A DNA stretch of 64,000 nucleotides from contig MU053873.1 in the NCBI GenBank assembly GCA_013239625.1, positions 2,370,524 to 2,434,523 of the forward strand. The letters run 5' to 3'. Shown here one piece after another: positions 36,380 to 48,433 of the stretch. How positions within the stretch are numbered: the stretch's first letter is position 1; each line of letters opens with the position of its first letter. Made by a program: the position numbers and the translations under genes. This DNA is from Lama guanicoe (Eukaryota). The notes below the pieces were generated by a model that was given only the letters and a program-made list of their open reading frames with translations, made no database searches and had not been told where the DNA came from.

Positions 36380-36570
36380 AGCCCATGAGTCAGGGTCAGC
36401 CACGGCACATAAGCTCAGCCCCCAGCCCCGTGTGGGGCACCTAAACTTGGAGCCTCATTTTTCCCACCTGTAAAAGGGAGTTAATAATGCATCCATCCCA
36501 CAGCTCCACAAGACGCAATGTCATGTAGCCCAGTGCATGGCACATAACCAGGGCTCTGTGAACAGCAGCT
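36380..36570 (+). mobile_element. MIR SINE
   Basis: GAGCCTCATTTTTCCCACCTGTAAAAGGGAG.TAATAAT...CAGTGCATGGCACATAA. Confidence 0.8.
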
Positions 36571-37599
36571 GTTGTTGTGGTGGTGGTGGTTGTTTAGGGG
36601 TGGAGGAGTCTGGGAATGGGCTGCTCTACCAGCTAGGAGACAAATAATTTGGGAGTGCTCTAGCAGAGGCTGTGGAAAGGGACAGCTGTGAAGGAGATTA
36701 AGGAAATTCACGCGGAATATATGTACGTCTGGTACGTATGGCACTTTGGCAAAGACAGAATCGGGATAGATGCCCTCCTCCCCAGAAAGATGTGAACGGC
36801 ATTTGGCATCCCTTGTTGTTCAAGCCAGGAGCAGTCCTGCATGTGTGTCTGTGTGTTTCATGCAAATGTGGGTGAGTGTAGATGTAAATTGCACACAGCT
36901 CGCAGACACAGGGATGAGTAGGGAACAAAGAGAGGGACAGGCACCCCCATACGGAAGAAACCATGCCACTCCTGAGGGGCTGGAGAATCCATCTGAGTCC
37001 TCTCTCCTATGCTGGGCCAGAAGTGGGCACTTGGCCTCAGTGGACTTGTCTATAAAATGGGGCTGAGGTCACTCTGCCTACCTTGACTCTGGGGTTGGAC
37101 TACATCTACCTTGGAGGTCCCTTGTGGTCGGAGATCCTAAGCCAGTGAGAGGGGAGGATATGTCCAAACAAGAGAGGAAGAACTCTGAAGTTCTAGGAAG
37201 GGATCTTGGCTCCTTGATGTCACAAGAGGTGAGGGCAGGGTGGTTACTTAGCAGCAAAAATATCCAATGTCTCAAGGAGGCCAGGAAAGAAAAAGAATGA
37301 ACTCTAAGAGATACTGAGAAAAACTCCAGAGCTGGGAACACTCCTGAGCAGGGCTTTTTTCTTAGGTTATAAGCAGCATCCCCTGTCACCATACCCCTCC
37401 CTGATGTCTCCTGCCCACGGATCCTTGGTCCCCAGTAATCCATTCCCTGGCAATGGAAATTATCATCAGAGACACCCAGAGAAGAACCAGAAACAGCATC
37501 CCCTCCCCAAGACTCCCCAGTCAAGAGGAACCCCTATTTTAAGCCCCTTAATGTTCCCCAAACAAAAGACCAGCATCACAATTCAGGGAAATGAATCTG

Positions 37600-37825
37600 G
37601 AAGCTGAAGGATGGACTCCAGCATCAGTCTGGCCTGGGTGGCTGGTCCTGGGTTCAGCTTGTGCAGATCATATGTCCTTGGCCGGGAGACTTCATCCCCT
37701 GGGGCCTCAGTTTCCCCACCTGTAGAATGGGGCCAAGAGTAGAACCTACCACCCAGGATGGCTGTGAGGATCCACAGCCGTAACTCCTGTCAAGTGCCTG
37801 CCTCAGTGCATGGCACAGAGTAAGA
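37600..37825 (+). mobile_element. MIR SINE
   Basis: GGCCTCAGTTTCCCCACCTGTAGAATGGGG...GGCTGTGAGGAT...TGGCACAGAGTAAG. Confidence 0.88.
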
Positions 37826-38539
37826 GTCCTGGGACTGTCATTCATTGCCTGCTCCCCTTTTTGGTGAAGATACAATCTCACTCAACCTTCTTTGCCGCAT
37901 CTTTGATACCATCCTTTAGCCAAACACACCCAAACCTTTTCTTTTTCAAGAACATGTGTCTCCAGCTCGTGCTCCACTTACTTTTTGATTTAAAAGAAGA
38001 TCAAAATAAAACGTGGGAAGCCGTAAGCTGTAACACTATTTTACCCCCTTGGTACACTCTGATTATGTGTAAACAGCAAATTGCAAATTATTGCCTCTTT
38101 ATTTGTCAACTCCTCAAGCCACCTCCGGGTCCCTCAGAAGGAGTAATTGGCTCTGGGACATCGTGTGACAACTGTGTAGATATTTATCTCTAGGGAGTCT
38201 TCCAGCTCTTGGGTATTCCAGGAGAAAGGGTACAGGGAGGGGGAAGTCAGACCTGCAGGATCTGGGGGTCTTTTGCTCCCTCCATGGGATCTCTTTTGGG
38301 GAGAGGGGTGGCAGAGAAGAGCACAGACATGTAATCCAAAGAGAAACTGGTTTAAAAAAAACCCTGAAGGGCCATTTGCTGTTTCAGAATCTCTCCTGAT
38401 CCCTCTTCCACAGGGCAAAGAACACTTCCAGGAGCCCCCAAACCTTGTACCCCCAGATTCTATCCTTAGAACCTTGTGAAACTTAACAGTCTTTGAGGGG
38501 ACAGGGCGTGTGGGTGGACAGAACTGCAAATTCCTATCT

Positions 38540-38740
38540 CCTCTAGCCTTGGAGTTTTGCAACCTTGGGTTTAAATGTTGGTTCTGCCACTGAAAGTGCT
38601 GTGAAATGCTGGGCAAGAAATCTAATGCCCCTGTGCCTCTGTTTCTTTGTCTTTAAAATGGGTATAGTCAAAAAGCTACCCTGGAGGCTGCGGGAGTATA
38701 ACATCGTGTATGCAGACAGGACAGCAGATTGTACAGGGCA
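38540..38740 (+). mobile_element. MIR SINE
   Basis: TGGGTTTAAAT..GGTTCTGCCACT...CTGTGCCTCTGTTTCTTTGTCTTTAAAATGGG. Confidence 0.8.
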
Positions 38741-39109
38741 CCTTTGTGGGAATTGGGGAGAGGCAGCTTTTCTCAGCAGAGAGATTAGGGATCGGCACCC
38801 TCTTCCTCCAGGTGAAAGCAACCTCCCACCAGGGTCTGGTGAGCTTCTTAAGAACTGGGTCAGCTTTCCCTTGTCCCTTTGGCTGGGAGCTCTTCTGCAG
38901 TACACATCCTGCACAGCTGGACCTGTCAGCCCTGCATGGAAAGCGCTCAGCAGGAGCCAGGCTCAAGGTCAGCACTCAATCCCTGGCAGCAGTTGTGGTC
39001 ACTTCATCATATATTATCATTTGAATAATTCTGACTGTAGCTTAAGCTACAGGAAGAATTTGAGCGCTCTGAAACTTTGTCCTCTCTTTAACATAAGGAG
39101 AATCCCCAT

Positions 39110-39295
39110 TTAAATCTCATTTTCCCTGTGTCCTGGGTGAGGGAAGTCATTTAACCGTCTTAACCTCAGCATCCTCATGTGGGACACAGGAAACAATAAT
39201 TCCCATTGGTGGTGGGGTTTGGGTTAGATAATACATATCTGAAGTACCCGCAGTCCAGTGCCTGGCACATGCCAGGTGTTCGGCCAATGTTAGTC
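39110..39295 (+). mobile_element. MIR SINE
   Basis: AAGTCATTTAACC...CCTCAGCATCCTCAT...CAGTGCCTGGCACAT...AATGTTAG. Confidence 0.75.
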
Positions 39296-39904
39296 TTCTC
39301 TGCAGTGAGCAAAAGGAGATCTCCCCACTGTGGCTTTTTCCTTTTAGCTTAGCATCCGTGGTCAATGTGTTTAGGAGACGGGGGAAAAAAAGGATTTATC
39401 AAACTATTTTAGTGAAGCTACTCAGCATTCTGAGGTATAACCTGTTTGCAAGCAAAAAGCATCAAGTTTGGAATCAGGACACTGGGGGCCCAGTCCCCAG
39501 GCCCCCCAGGCCCTTTTGGATAAGTCACAGACTCTCTGAGATTTGGTTGACCTTTCTGGGAACCCAGAGGCAGAGGAAACAGCAGTGATTGTGTATTCTG
39601 TACAGCAGAAGTTCCCTTAATTCCAAACAAGCCTATATGTAACCACGATACACAAATCAGGTAGAATAGAGATGATCTGATTGAAGCTAGGTCCAGGGAA
39701 GAGCCAAACATCCCTCCCCGCCGCCCAGCACACACACTTTTTCTCACCCTGCAGCACCCTCTGATGCTATTTTGAGGAAGAACAGGGCTCTGGGACTGCA
39801 ACGTGGCAGCCATCAAATTCAGAACCTTTCCTGCTAAAATATTCCAGGATTGTGTTTGTACTTTGACATCCACTGCCTTGTCACTCAATGCATCCTGACC
39901 TACA

Positions 39905-39945
39905 GTGTGGTGTGTGTGTGTGTGTGTGTGTGTACGCGTGTGTGC
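39905..39945. repeat. (TG)n microsatellite
   Basis: Direct reading. Confidence 0.95.
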
Positions 39946-40554
39946 AGGCACACCACAAACAAATGCTCAGAAAGAAAGCAAAAAGAAGTTCCACCAGCCA
40001 TTAAGGGGAAATTACATATGCATTGTTCTCTGCCTCCGGCACATTAATAAAAGAGATTATAAAACTGGAAGTGAGTCGAAGCAGGGCAGCCTCACAACAA
40101 TCGGAAGGCGGGGAGGCAGGGCGGGGATTGGGGGGGGGCACTGTTTCCTGTACAGTCATCTGATTTCATGGCCGTTCCCATGCTGAGAGAATCTGTCTGC
40201 GGCGGCTGCAGGGAGGACTGGAGCTCATGCATTAAACATCAGGGGGACCCTCACAACATGTGCTGTGGACCAGGAGAAGGACAGGGAGGAAGACAGGCTA
40301 GGAGGTGTGCTTGTGACATGCCCCAGCACAGCAGTGCCTGTGGGCAGAGACTAGAGACTGTTTAGTGTGGGCTCCAGAAAAATCTCTGAAAATTGCAAGG
40401 TGGGAGATGAAGCAGGGAGTAAAATGCACAGAGTGCAAAGATGTCCTAGGGTCTTGAAGATGGGAGGGCCACCATGGTCATTTTGTCTCTGCAGTCACAG
40501 CGAGTGGTAGCTGACATGCCATGAGGTCTGGGCTGGAGACTGTGGAGGTGGTCA

Positions 40555-40975
40555 TTGGAGGTAACAGATTTATTGGCCCTGATCCTTCACTCCTTGGTGT
40601 GTCCTGGCCTTCTGCCATGGGACTTTGAAGTCCCTCCTCCTGTAGGGTACATCTCTGTCCACTGACTGAGCTTGAGCACATGCCTGGCTTTGGCCAACGG
40701 TATAGGAATGGAAGGGCCAAGCTGCTAGTTCTGAGATGAGACCTTAAGAAACTGTGTATGTTTCTACCTCTTCTCTTGCACCTCTGTCCTCCCCAGGTTC
40801 TGGCTAGATCGCTGGCCCACAGATAATGACAGACATGTGGAGCTGAGCCAGACACCACCTGCAGCTGAGACTTGCCCCAGCTGACTCACAGAATAAAGCT
40901 AGATGAGAATACCTATTGTTGTTGGCAACTGAGCTTTAGTGGCTGTTTGTTACACAGCAACAGCTGACTAATACA
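40555..40975 (+). mobile_element. MaLR solo LTR (MLT1H-like)
   Basis: GCTTTGGCCAA...GTTCTGAG..GA.CCTTAAGA...CTCTTGCACCTCTG...GACATGTGGAGC...TGTTTGTTACACAGCAA.AGCTGACTAATACA. Confidence 0.85.
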
Positions 40976-40994
40976 GTTATCTGTAAAGTCATGT

Positions 40995-41930
40995 GTTTCA
41001 TTCACCTATTCATTCAGTAACTATTTTCTGAGTATTTCCACACCAGGCATTTTTGTAGGCAGCAGGGATAGAATGGTTACTAAGAAATCTGTGAAAATGG
41101 GCCAAGATTTCAGATTTATTAATTCAAGGATTAAACACCTGCCATGTGCCAGGCATGGAAATAAGTGCTGCAATTCCAGTGGCAAGTGAACTATATAAGA
41201 CCCTGGACTCAAGACGCTTACAGACAGCACATAAAGCAAACAACAAAATAGAAAATTCCCAAAGAGTGCTGATGAAGAAGGTTTTCTCTTCCCTTTAAAT
41301 TAGCTACTGTCCAGCAGAAAAGTCAAGAAAGTCAGTAAACCATTATAATAGGAAGTGTTAATTACTAGGATGGGATACAGGCAGCTCAGAGGAAGGACCT
41401 TATGCAGCTTTGGGGCGGGGGAGACAGGAAGAAGGGAAGTGAAGGAACATATCTGAGCCAAACCCTGAACTTCAAATAGTTTGAAGACAAAGAGAGGAAG
41501 GGCAAGGATGGAGCACTAGAAGAAGGCACAGCAAGAACAAGGGTAGGGAGGCAGGAAAGAGCATGGTGCCTGAGAGCTAACACAGACTTCTGTATTCCAT
41601 TGGAAAAACAGAGTGTAAGAGGCAGAGGCAGGAGATGAGAGGCTGAGAGGGACCACAGCAGGAGGGAGTCTGGGTGCCAACCTGAGGTGCTTTGACTGGA
41701 TCCAAGGAAGGGAAAGGGCGACAGAAGGGTTTGAGCAGGAGAACACTGTATGATTGCCATCTGAGAATTTTAGAAAGGTGGAGGGGCTGGGGCGAGACCA
41801 GAGGCAAGGAGGCCAGAAGGAGGCTGAGCAATAGTCCAGGGGAGGAAGGAGGACACCCACGTGGGGCAACATGGGGATGAGAGATGGCCCCACACTTGGA
41901 ATTACAGAATCAGCAGGGTTTCTGGAGCCA
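40995..41930 (-). mobile_element. L2 LINE fragments (at least two 3' ends plus body)
   Basis: CATTCAGTAACTATTTTCTGAG; TTAAACACCTGCCATGTGCCAGGCA...GAAGGGTTTGAGCAGGAG...AGAAGGAGGCT..GCAATAGTCCAGG. Confidence 0.8.
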
Positions 41931-42099
41931 CTAAGTTCCATCCACTCCTTTACAAACACTGGGTCTTAGAGAAGGTGCTGATATATGACCGAGTCTCACA
42001 GCAGGTGAGTTTGGGACTGGACTAGTCCTCAAACCCCAAGCTCACTCCATGACCCCAATCTCCACCATTTGATTAGTAACAGTCATGACAAGAACAACA

Positions 42100-42245
42100 A
42101 TAATTACTTTGATTTAATAACTGAGCCTCTGTGATGTCGTAGGTTCTGTGCTAGAATGTGTAAAATCTCACAGAATCCTCCCAACATTCTGAAGAGTGAG
42201 AATTCCCCACTTTATAGATGAGAAGCCAGGGGATCAGGAGGCAAA
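42100..42245 (-). mobile_element. MIR SINE
   Basis: TCTGTGCTAG...ATCTCAC.GAATCCTCCCAAC...CCCCACTTTATAGATGAGAA. Confidence 0.75.
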
Positions 42246-42271
42246 GCCCCCTGAAGTTGAGCATCAGTGTC

Positions 42272-42485
42272 TGTCTTAATCTGCTTGGGCTGCTGTAACC
42301 AAATCCCAAAGACTGGGTGGTTTCAAGGACAGATTTCCTTGTCACAATTCTGGAGGCTAGGGAATTCAAGATCAAGGCACAGTAGATTCTGTTTCTGGTG
42401 AGGGCTCTCGTCCTGGCTTATAGGTGGCTGCCTTCTCATAGCTTGTGCACATCACCTCCTCTATGTGTGCACATGAAGAGAGAAT

Positions 42486-42524
<39 letters not shown>

Positions 42525-42708
42525 AGGTATGCAGAGAGAGCTACCTTCTTATTATTATTTGGGACACATCCCATCGTGGCGGGCCCACCCTCACGACCTC
42601 ACCAAAACGTACTTACCTCCTAGACCCCACCTCCAAATACCATCACATTGGGTGTTAGGGCTTTAACATTTGAATTTGAAGGGGGACACAAACATTCGAT
42701 CGATAACA
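42272..42708 (-). mobile_element. MLT1A/A0-like MaLR solo LTR containing a (TG)n run
   Basis: TGTCTTAATCTG..TGGGCTGCTGTAAC...TCTGGAGGCTAG..ATTCAAGATCAAGG...CTCCAAATACCATCACATTGGG...GGGGGACACAAACATTC...ATAACA; 5-bp TSD-like GTGTC/GTATC. Confidence 0.93.
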
Positions 42709-42974
42709 GTATCCTCCTTGCGGGTAACAGTGCAGTTCTGGTATAGAATTATGGCAAGGGCTAAATGAAGTGAGGAGTAGAAGTGCCTGGTGCATAGAAA
42801 GCGCTCAGCAAAGAAGAGTGACAACAAAAATGACAGCGACAATGATGATGATGATGATGACGGAGTCAGCTCTGTACCCAGGTCTTGACTCCACTGGGTG
42901 ACTTTTGGCAAATCACCTAACTCTTTGGGCCTCTGTCTCCCCCATCTCCCAAATGAAGACTTTTTAGTCTAGGG

Positions 42975-43155
42975 CAGTGATCCTCAGAGTGTGTTCTCTG
43001 GCCAGCAGCAACCCCACCACTTGTGAGCTTGTCGGGAATGCACATTTCTGAGCCCTCCCTGGACTGACTCGATCCGAACCTCTGGGAGAAGCACCCAGCA
43101 ATCTGTGTTTAACAAGCCCTCCTGGTAAGTGTGATGTGTGTTCAAGTTTGATCTG
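42975..43155 (+). mobile_element. MER5A hAT MITE
   Basis: CAGTGATCCTCAGAGTGTG...CCCAGCAATCTGTGTTTAACAAGCCCTCC; flanks GTCTAGGG / GTCTAGAT fit the NTCTAGAN hAT target duplication. Confidence 0.92.
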
Positions 43156-43164
43156 GTCTAGATA

Positions 43165-43810
43165 ACTGATTTTTCCATTTTTCTAATGTGACATAAATGC
43201 CATCTTGTAAACGGGAGAAGGCAGGTACATAAAGCAGATAAAAGCAGCAGTGCCGGGTTGGAGCAGAAACCAGGGCCCACAGCTCTGTGCCTTCTCCCAG
43301 CCTTGCCCACGTCAAGGCCACGGTGATGTGCAGGCTCTCTCCACCTAGTGTCAGTTATGCCTAAGACACTCCCCCCGCCCGCCTCCCTCCCTCCCTCCCA
43401 GCCTCCATTTCTGTTGACAAGCTCCATAAAGTATGGATTTGTTGTGGCCTCGTGCAACCTGGTCTATTTCTTCTCTCCTTCTTTATTTTTTTTTTAAATA
43501 GGTTTGAGCCTGTAATTCAGTTAATTATTTCCCAGAGCACCAGTTTGGTGGCTACGGCACAGCACGAGTCAGGGGAACAGAAGACAGGTCCTCGGAAGCT
43601 TCTTCCCAGAAAATCTAATTTCATCATTGAGAAATCTTCTGTCTTAAGCAGGCTCCGCCACCATCATAAATTTACATATTCTATATGCCGCAGCCGGAAT
43701 GCACTGGGCCCTATTTGCATAATGCTGCTGGGGGGTGGGGGCTGGTGCTTCTCTTGAACCCCAGAATGCAGAGGGAGCAAGGAAGCAATTATTAAGCTGT
43801 AGACACTTGC
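43165..43810. promoter_or_regulatory. Candidate developmental enhancer (repeat-free, homeodomain/POU motif-dense)
   Basis: CCATAAA 43424, TAATTA 43522, TCATAAA 43664, octamer ATTTGCAT 43713; no recognisable repeat. Confidence 0.4.
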
Positions 43811-45339
43811 AGGGAGAGAGGCCTCAGATGGATTTCACCTCCAAACCTCATTCACCGCCTGGGCTGCTCATTACCCAAGGCCTGGGTCCCAGGCTGACGG
43901 TGGATCCAAGGGCCCGGAACATCAGCGAATCGTTCTTTGGGTTGTCTAAACCCAGGCCAAGGCTGGATATGGGTGAGCTGCTTCGATTTTCCAGTGTTGA
44001 TGGTTGGAGCAATCTCATCCCTTTTCCCACAAGTAAGTTTGTTTCTTGGACGGTTTTGTCAAGTTCCCTTTGCCAACACATTCCTGCCCTTTTCTGTAAC
44101 ACACTTGAAAACACCTACAAGACAGGTGGACAAGTCTGCCCACCTCCTCGCTGACAACGCACTAGAAATGCTTAATTAAGAAAATGATCTTGAACAAACT
44201 CCCAGTTGGAAAACAGCACATGGAAACAGGAATTCTCTCACGGCGAGGTGGTCCCACCTGACATCTATCCTTCTCCAAACTTAGGCTGCCTGAGAAGGTG
44301 GTGTCTTCCCTACTGTTGGCCTCTGGAGGGGGGACAATTCTGTATACTTAGACTCAGGGTCTCAGACTAGGGGTCCTTTGATGTTCCAGGAACCATAGGC
44401 CTCTATCTGTAGTTCCTGGATCTTCCAGAGCTTGAGCTTGACCTCTGAGTTACTCCATGACCTGCCACTCCCAACATCAGTAGCTCACAGGGGCCATTTC
44501 TGACTGGGGACAGGGGGGAGGGCGCCATCCTGGTTTTATGCCAATGTTGATGTAAAAGGCTTCCTTTTGTGCTCAGGGCTCAAAGCACAAGCCTTGAGCA
44601 CAGGGTGATCTCCTTGTTGGACTTCAAACCCAGCCCTTCCTGACCATATTTTAAGACCAGTGTAATTCATGAGACACCCAACCAGAAACCCACCACTGGT
44701 TCATTCCTACAGATGAATTCCATGGGCATATGTGCCAGGTGATGCCAACAGAAGTGTTAGGCACACTTGCTAAATTTTCTGACAGAACAAAACATCATCA
44801 TGGGGAAGGTGGAAAGCAGGTCGCTTTACTTCTGATATTTAATAATAGACTGGGCAGCTTTAACTCTTTCCAACAAACATCTTCTATTTCTGGGGAAGTG
44901 GAAATACATTTGCAAAGATCAGTTTCACTTCTGGCTGCCTTGATTCTCAAAACTGGCAGAGTTCATCAGAGATGCCATGACATCAGAGATGACCCATGGC
45001 ATGAAAAATTCACTCCACGCCAGTATTTGAACAGTGAGCCAGTTGTTGGAAATTTAAAACAGCAGGGATTTTTACTGAGGGAAAAAAAAAAGTATGCATC
45101 TCCACTTACTAAGAGGTACCGTCTCCTCAAAAGACCTCAACATTTTGTCCTCAGCACTGACTGTCTCATTGCAAGAATTTGGAGGGAACTCACTTTTTCC
45201 ATGATTGCATCCAACATTGAATTATTTCTCCAAGCAAAGGAGATTGCTCCTGATGAGCCAAACTCAGGACTTCAAAAGCAAAAATGGTGACTTTTCCAAA
45301 GGAAACCATCTTAGCACATAACTGGGGCCAGTGTTTCAG

Positions 45340-45610
45340 AACAACAGATGGTCTTTAAAGTTGGAGTCCAGGATTTAGACATGGGCGTGTCCTCAAGTGC
45401 GTCCTTAAATTTTTAAGCCACGGTTTCCAGACCTGTCAAGTGAGGACAGTAACAGTACCTGCTTCCTTATTGTCATTAGAGAAATTAGATGAGCTAATAA
45501 TATATAGTAGCTGAGTCACAGGAAGGTTAAATAACCTGCCAAAAGTCACAGAATGTTAATGGTACAGGTGAGGATCTGAACTTAGGTGCGTGTTTAGCTA
45601 TCATACAGCA
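45340..45610. mobile_element. Two adjacent MIR fragments (+ then -)
   Basis: GCCACGGTTTCCAGACCTGTCAAGTGAGGA...TAACAGTACCT; GGTTAAATAACCTGCCAAAAGTCACA. Confidence 0.7.
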
Positions 45611-46184
45611 TGCCAGAATGCTGGCACAGGAACGTGGATGGCTGGTACTTACAAGTCCAGTCATACCAGCTGGCTTTCTGAGCTGAGCTGCTGAAAGGAC
45701 CTAGGGTAGGAGGTCTTCAAAGGAACACCACATGGTCACTGAACTGATTACCTGGTTTAGAAACACAGGTCAGAGCTGTTTCCAACTAGCCCTAGTTAAA
45801 GATCCAACTTTTCTTTCATTTTACAGGTAAGGACCCCTTTGCTTGCCATGAGATGTGAGTTACTGTGGTAAAGGAAACAGGAGATGAAATGGCAGGAAAA
45901 GCAAACGTACGAAAAAGAGGAGTTGAGCTTATAAAACCTGTCACCCGAGCTGGCTCCTTTGAATGGGCCTGAGTCACTGTGTCGCCAGCCCCTCGAGTTC
46001 ATGTCACAGCATGGCTCAGCCATGCTTCAGGCAAGCCTGTGACTGTCTTCCCTGTGCCCCTGCCATGAAGTCGCAGCCTCTGAATGCAGGTACGGTGCTG
46101 GAAATAAGTGGTGTCTATGCAAAGCAACAGCATGCAGAAAGTGGAGAAAACACTTGCATAGTATGGAAACACAAGAGCTCACCT

Positions 46185-47012
46185 AATTAAGAATCAGCAG
46201 GGCTACAATTGCTCGTTTGACAGTACCTCCTACGACCCAGAGATCCCACGTCTAGGTATACACGGAACCAAAATGAAAACTGAAAACACAGGAGCCCTGA
46301 AAGATGTGCATGCGCACAGCGGCACTCTCTGTGATAGCCTAAAACTGAGAACCCCCCAAATCTCCATCCACATTTCAACGGAAAGATTGTGTCATACTCC
46401 CAGAAAGGCATACCGCATAATTAGATTGGCAAATCCAGCCCACGGTTGTATCCGACCACTTCCGGTTTTGTAAATAAAGTTTTATTGGAACACAGCCATG
46501 TCCCTTCATTACCTCTGGTCTCTGGCAGCCTTCACTCTACATGGCAAAGATGAGCAGTTACGAAAGAAACAGGATAGTCTGCAGAGCCTTGAGTATTTAC
46601 TGTCTGGCCCTTTCCAGAGAAAATCTGCCAGCCCTTGCTATATAAAAATGAAAATAAACAGTCCTTCTCTGGGCAACGTGGATGATTTTCAAAAACACAA
46701 CATTGAGTGAAAGAAGCCAACGCAAATGAGTACCAGTTGCACAAGTGCATTTATGTGAAGTGCAAAGACAGGCATCACTATGCTGCATTGCTGTAAGACA
46801 GGTGCCCGTGGAGGATAGTAACTGAATGGGGCACATGGGAACTCATGGGCACGGGGAACGTTCTGCTAATTCTCCATCTGGGCGGCACTTCCATGAGTGC
46901 TCACTGCATGACAACCCAACAAGAGGTACAGAGATGATGTGCACTCTTTTGTGTACGTATGTTGTTCATCAATAAAATTTTTTAAATAAAAAATAAAATT
47001 TAAAAAAAAAAC
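46185..47012 (+). mobile_element. L1ME-like 3' region interrupted by MER58A
   Basis: ACGACCCAGAGATCCCAC.TCTAGGTATA...AAAATGAAAAC...AACATTGAGTGAAAGAAGCCA...GTGCACTCTTTTGTGTA.GTATGTT...TCAATAAAA. Confidence 0.85.
46422..46637 (-). mobile_element. MER58A hAT-Charlie element
   Basis: GTTTTGTAAATAAAGTTTTATTGGAACACAGCCA...TATTTACTGTCTGGCCCTTT.CAGA.AAA..TGCC..CCCTTG. Confidence 0.92.
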
Positions 47013-47129
47013 GGTGGGAGTAGATCAGAATGCCAAGTATTTTCTCAATGTATTTCCTGGGCAGAAAGCTCAAATAACAGATTGTCAAGTTAGAAAACAG
47101 ATAACTTTAACTTTTACATGCGAGCACAC

Positions 47130-47240
47130 ACTTATGCATTCACTCTACAAATGTTTATTGTTCACACACCACGTGCCAGGTGCTGGGAATTCAGCAGTGA
47201 GGGAGATAAGATGCAGCCCCTGCCTTCTCAGCATTTAGAT
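47130..47240 (-). mobile_element. L2 3' end
   Basis: CATTCAC..ACAAATGTTTATTG...GTGCCAGGTGCTGGGAATTCAGCAGTGA. Confidence 0.75.
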
Positions 47241-47979
47241 GTACACTCACACGTGTCCACAGAGCCTGATGCATCTGCACAACACACACTCCAACATGAA
47301 CCTGCCCACACGTGTGCCTCGCACCCACATCCGCAGCTGTGTTGTTCTCAGGTGGACACTTTTCTGCATCTTGCTCTCTCTCCTGTCACCAGAATCATCA
47401 CCACTATCATCACCATCTCCCTCCCTCAGACACCGAGACTGATGGATGGAGCTCAGTTTACCCAACATCACTCAGAAAGTCTGCATCCTCAGAGGGCCAT
47501 GGACCTGTGCTGGCCAAGACCACAGCTTGGTCCCAAGGTGGAATGGGTCAGACCAGGTGGTTTCCCCCAGGTCATATCTGGCATCTGAGATACCTGGGGG
47601 TCAGAAAGTGGAGACTAAGGGCTGGGGGGGGTGGTGATCTGCAACCCAAGATGCTCTCTGATGGTCCCTAGATTTCCTGCTGGGCCTCCTGCCTTCAGTG
47701 TGTTCACCAGAGCTTCAGTCTAGTGGTCAGGGACTGATATACATAGAGGTTAGATATTTGCATCCCGTGTCCTTGAACGAATGACAGAATGTCAGAGCTG
47801 GAAGGTCACAAGCCCAAGTCCTGTGTGTTGTGAATAAGGAAACGGAGATCCCGTGATGGGTGGAGCTGGCTCAGAGTTCCACACTCAGGCAGGGCTGGGT
47901 CTGCCAGTCTCCAGCCAGGAGCCTGTCCCTTACTTCAGGCGAATAAATGTCTCACTGCTGAAATGCCCACACTGAAAGG

Positions 47980-48433
47980 GGATGGCTGATCATACTCCAA
48001 TGGCCTCATCACTTAGAACAATCCAGCTCCTTCCTCCTTTCTGTTCCTCCAACATCGCAAGTTCCTTCCCACCTCAGGACCTTTGCACATGCTGCTCCCT
48101 ATACCTGGAGCACACTTCCTCCTGTGTTCACGGGGCTAACTCCTTCTTCTCCTTAGTATCTTAGCACAGATGTAACCTTCTCAGAGAGGTGTTTCCCAGT
48201 TGTCTAATCTCAGCGAGATACCATCCCCCTCCACCCAGTCTTCCTCTACCTCCCTTATGTGACTTTCTTCACAGCACTCAACACTATCTGAAATTATTTA
48301 TCTACTCTGTGAGCTCCATCAGGGCAAGAATGGCCTTCTTGCCCATTGCTCTACACCAATGCCTCCAAGAAGCTTAACGTATCATAAGCATTTAGAATAT
48401 GTAGAATGAGCGAATGAATGAATGAATGAATGA
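47980..48433 (+). mobile_element. L2 LINE 3' portion
   Basis: CTCCAATGGCCTC...CCTCAGGACCTTTGCACATGCTG.TCCCT...CTGTGAGCTCCAT.AGGGCA...(GAAT)n. Confidence 0.9.

Noticed and set aside
44964..44999. Short imperfect tandem CATCAGAGATG..CATG x2 (similar 10-bp doublet at 34710-34732)
   Set aside because: Ordinary slippage-scale duplications with no further structure.
44730..45290. 186-aa non-repetitive ORF
   Set aside because: No recognisable homology or domain and no supporting promoter or splice structure; only a blastp hit or positive PhyloCSF score would revive it.
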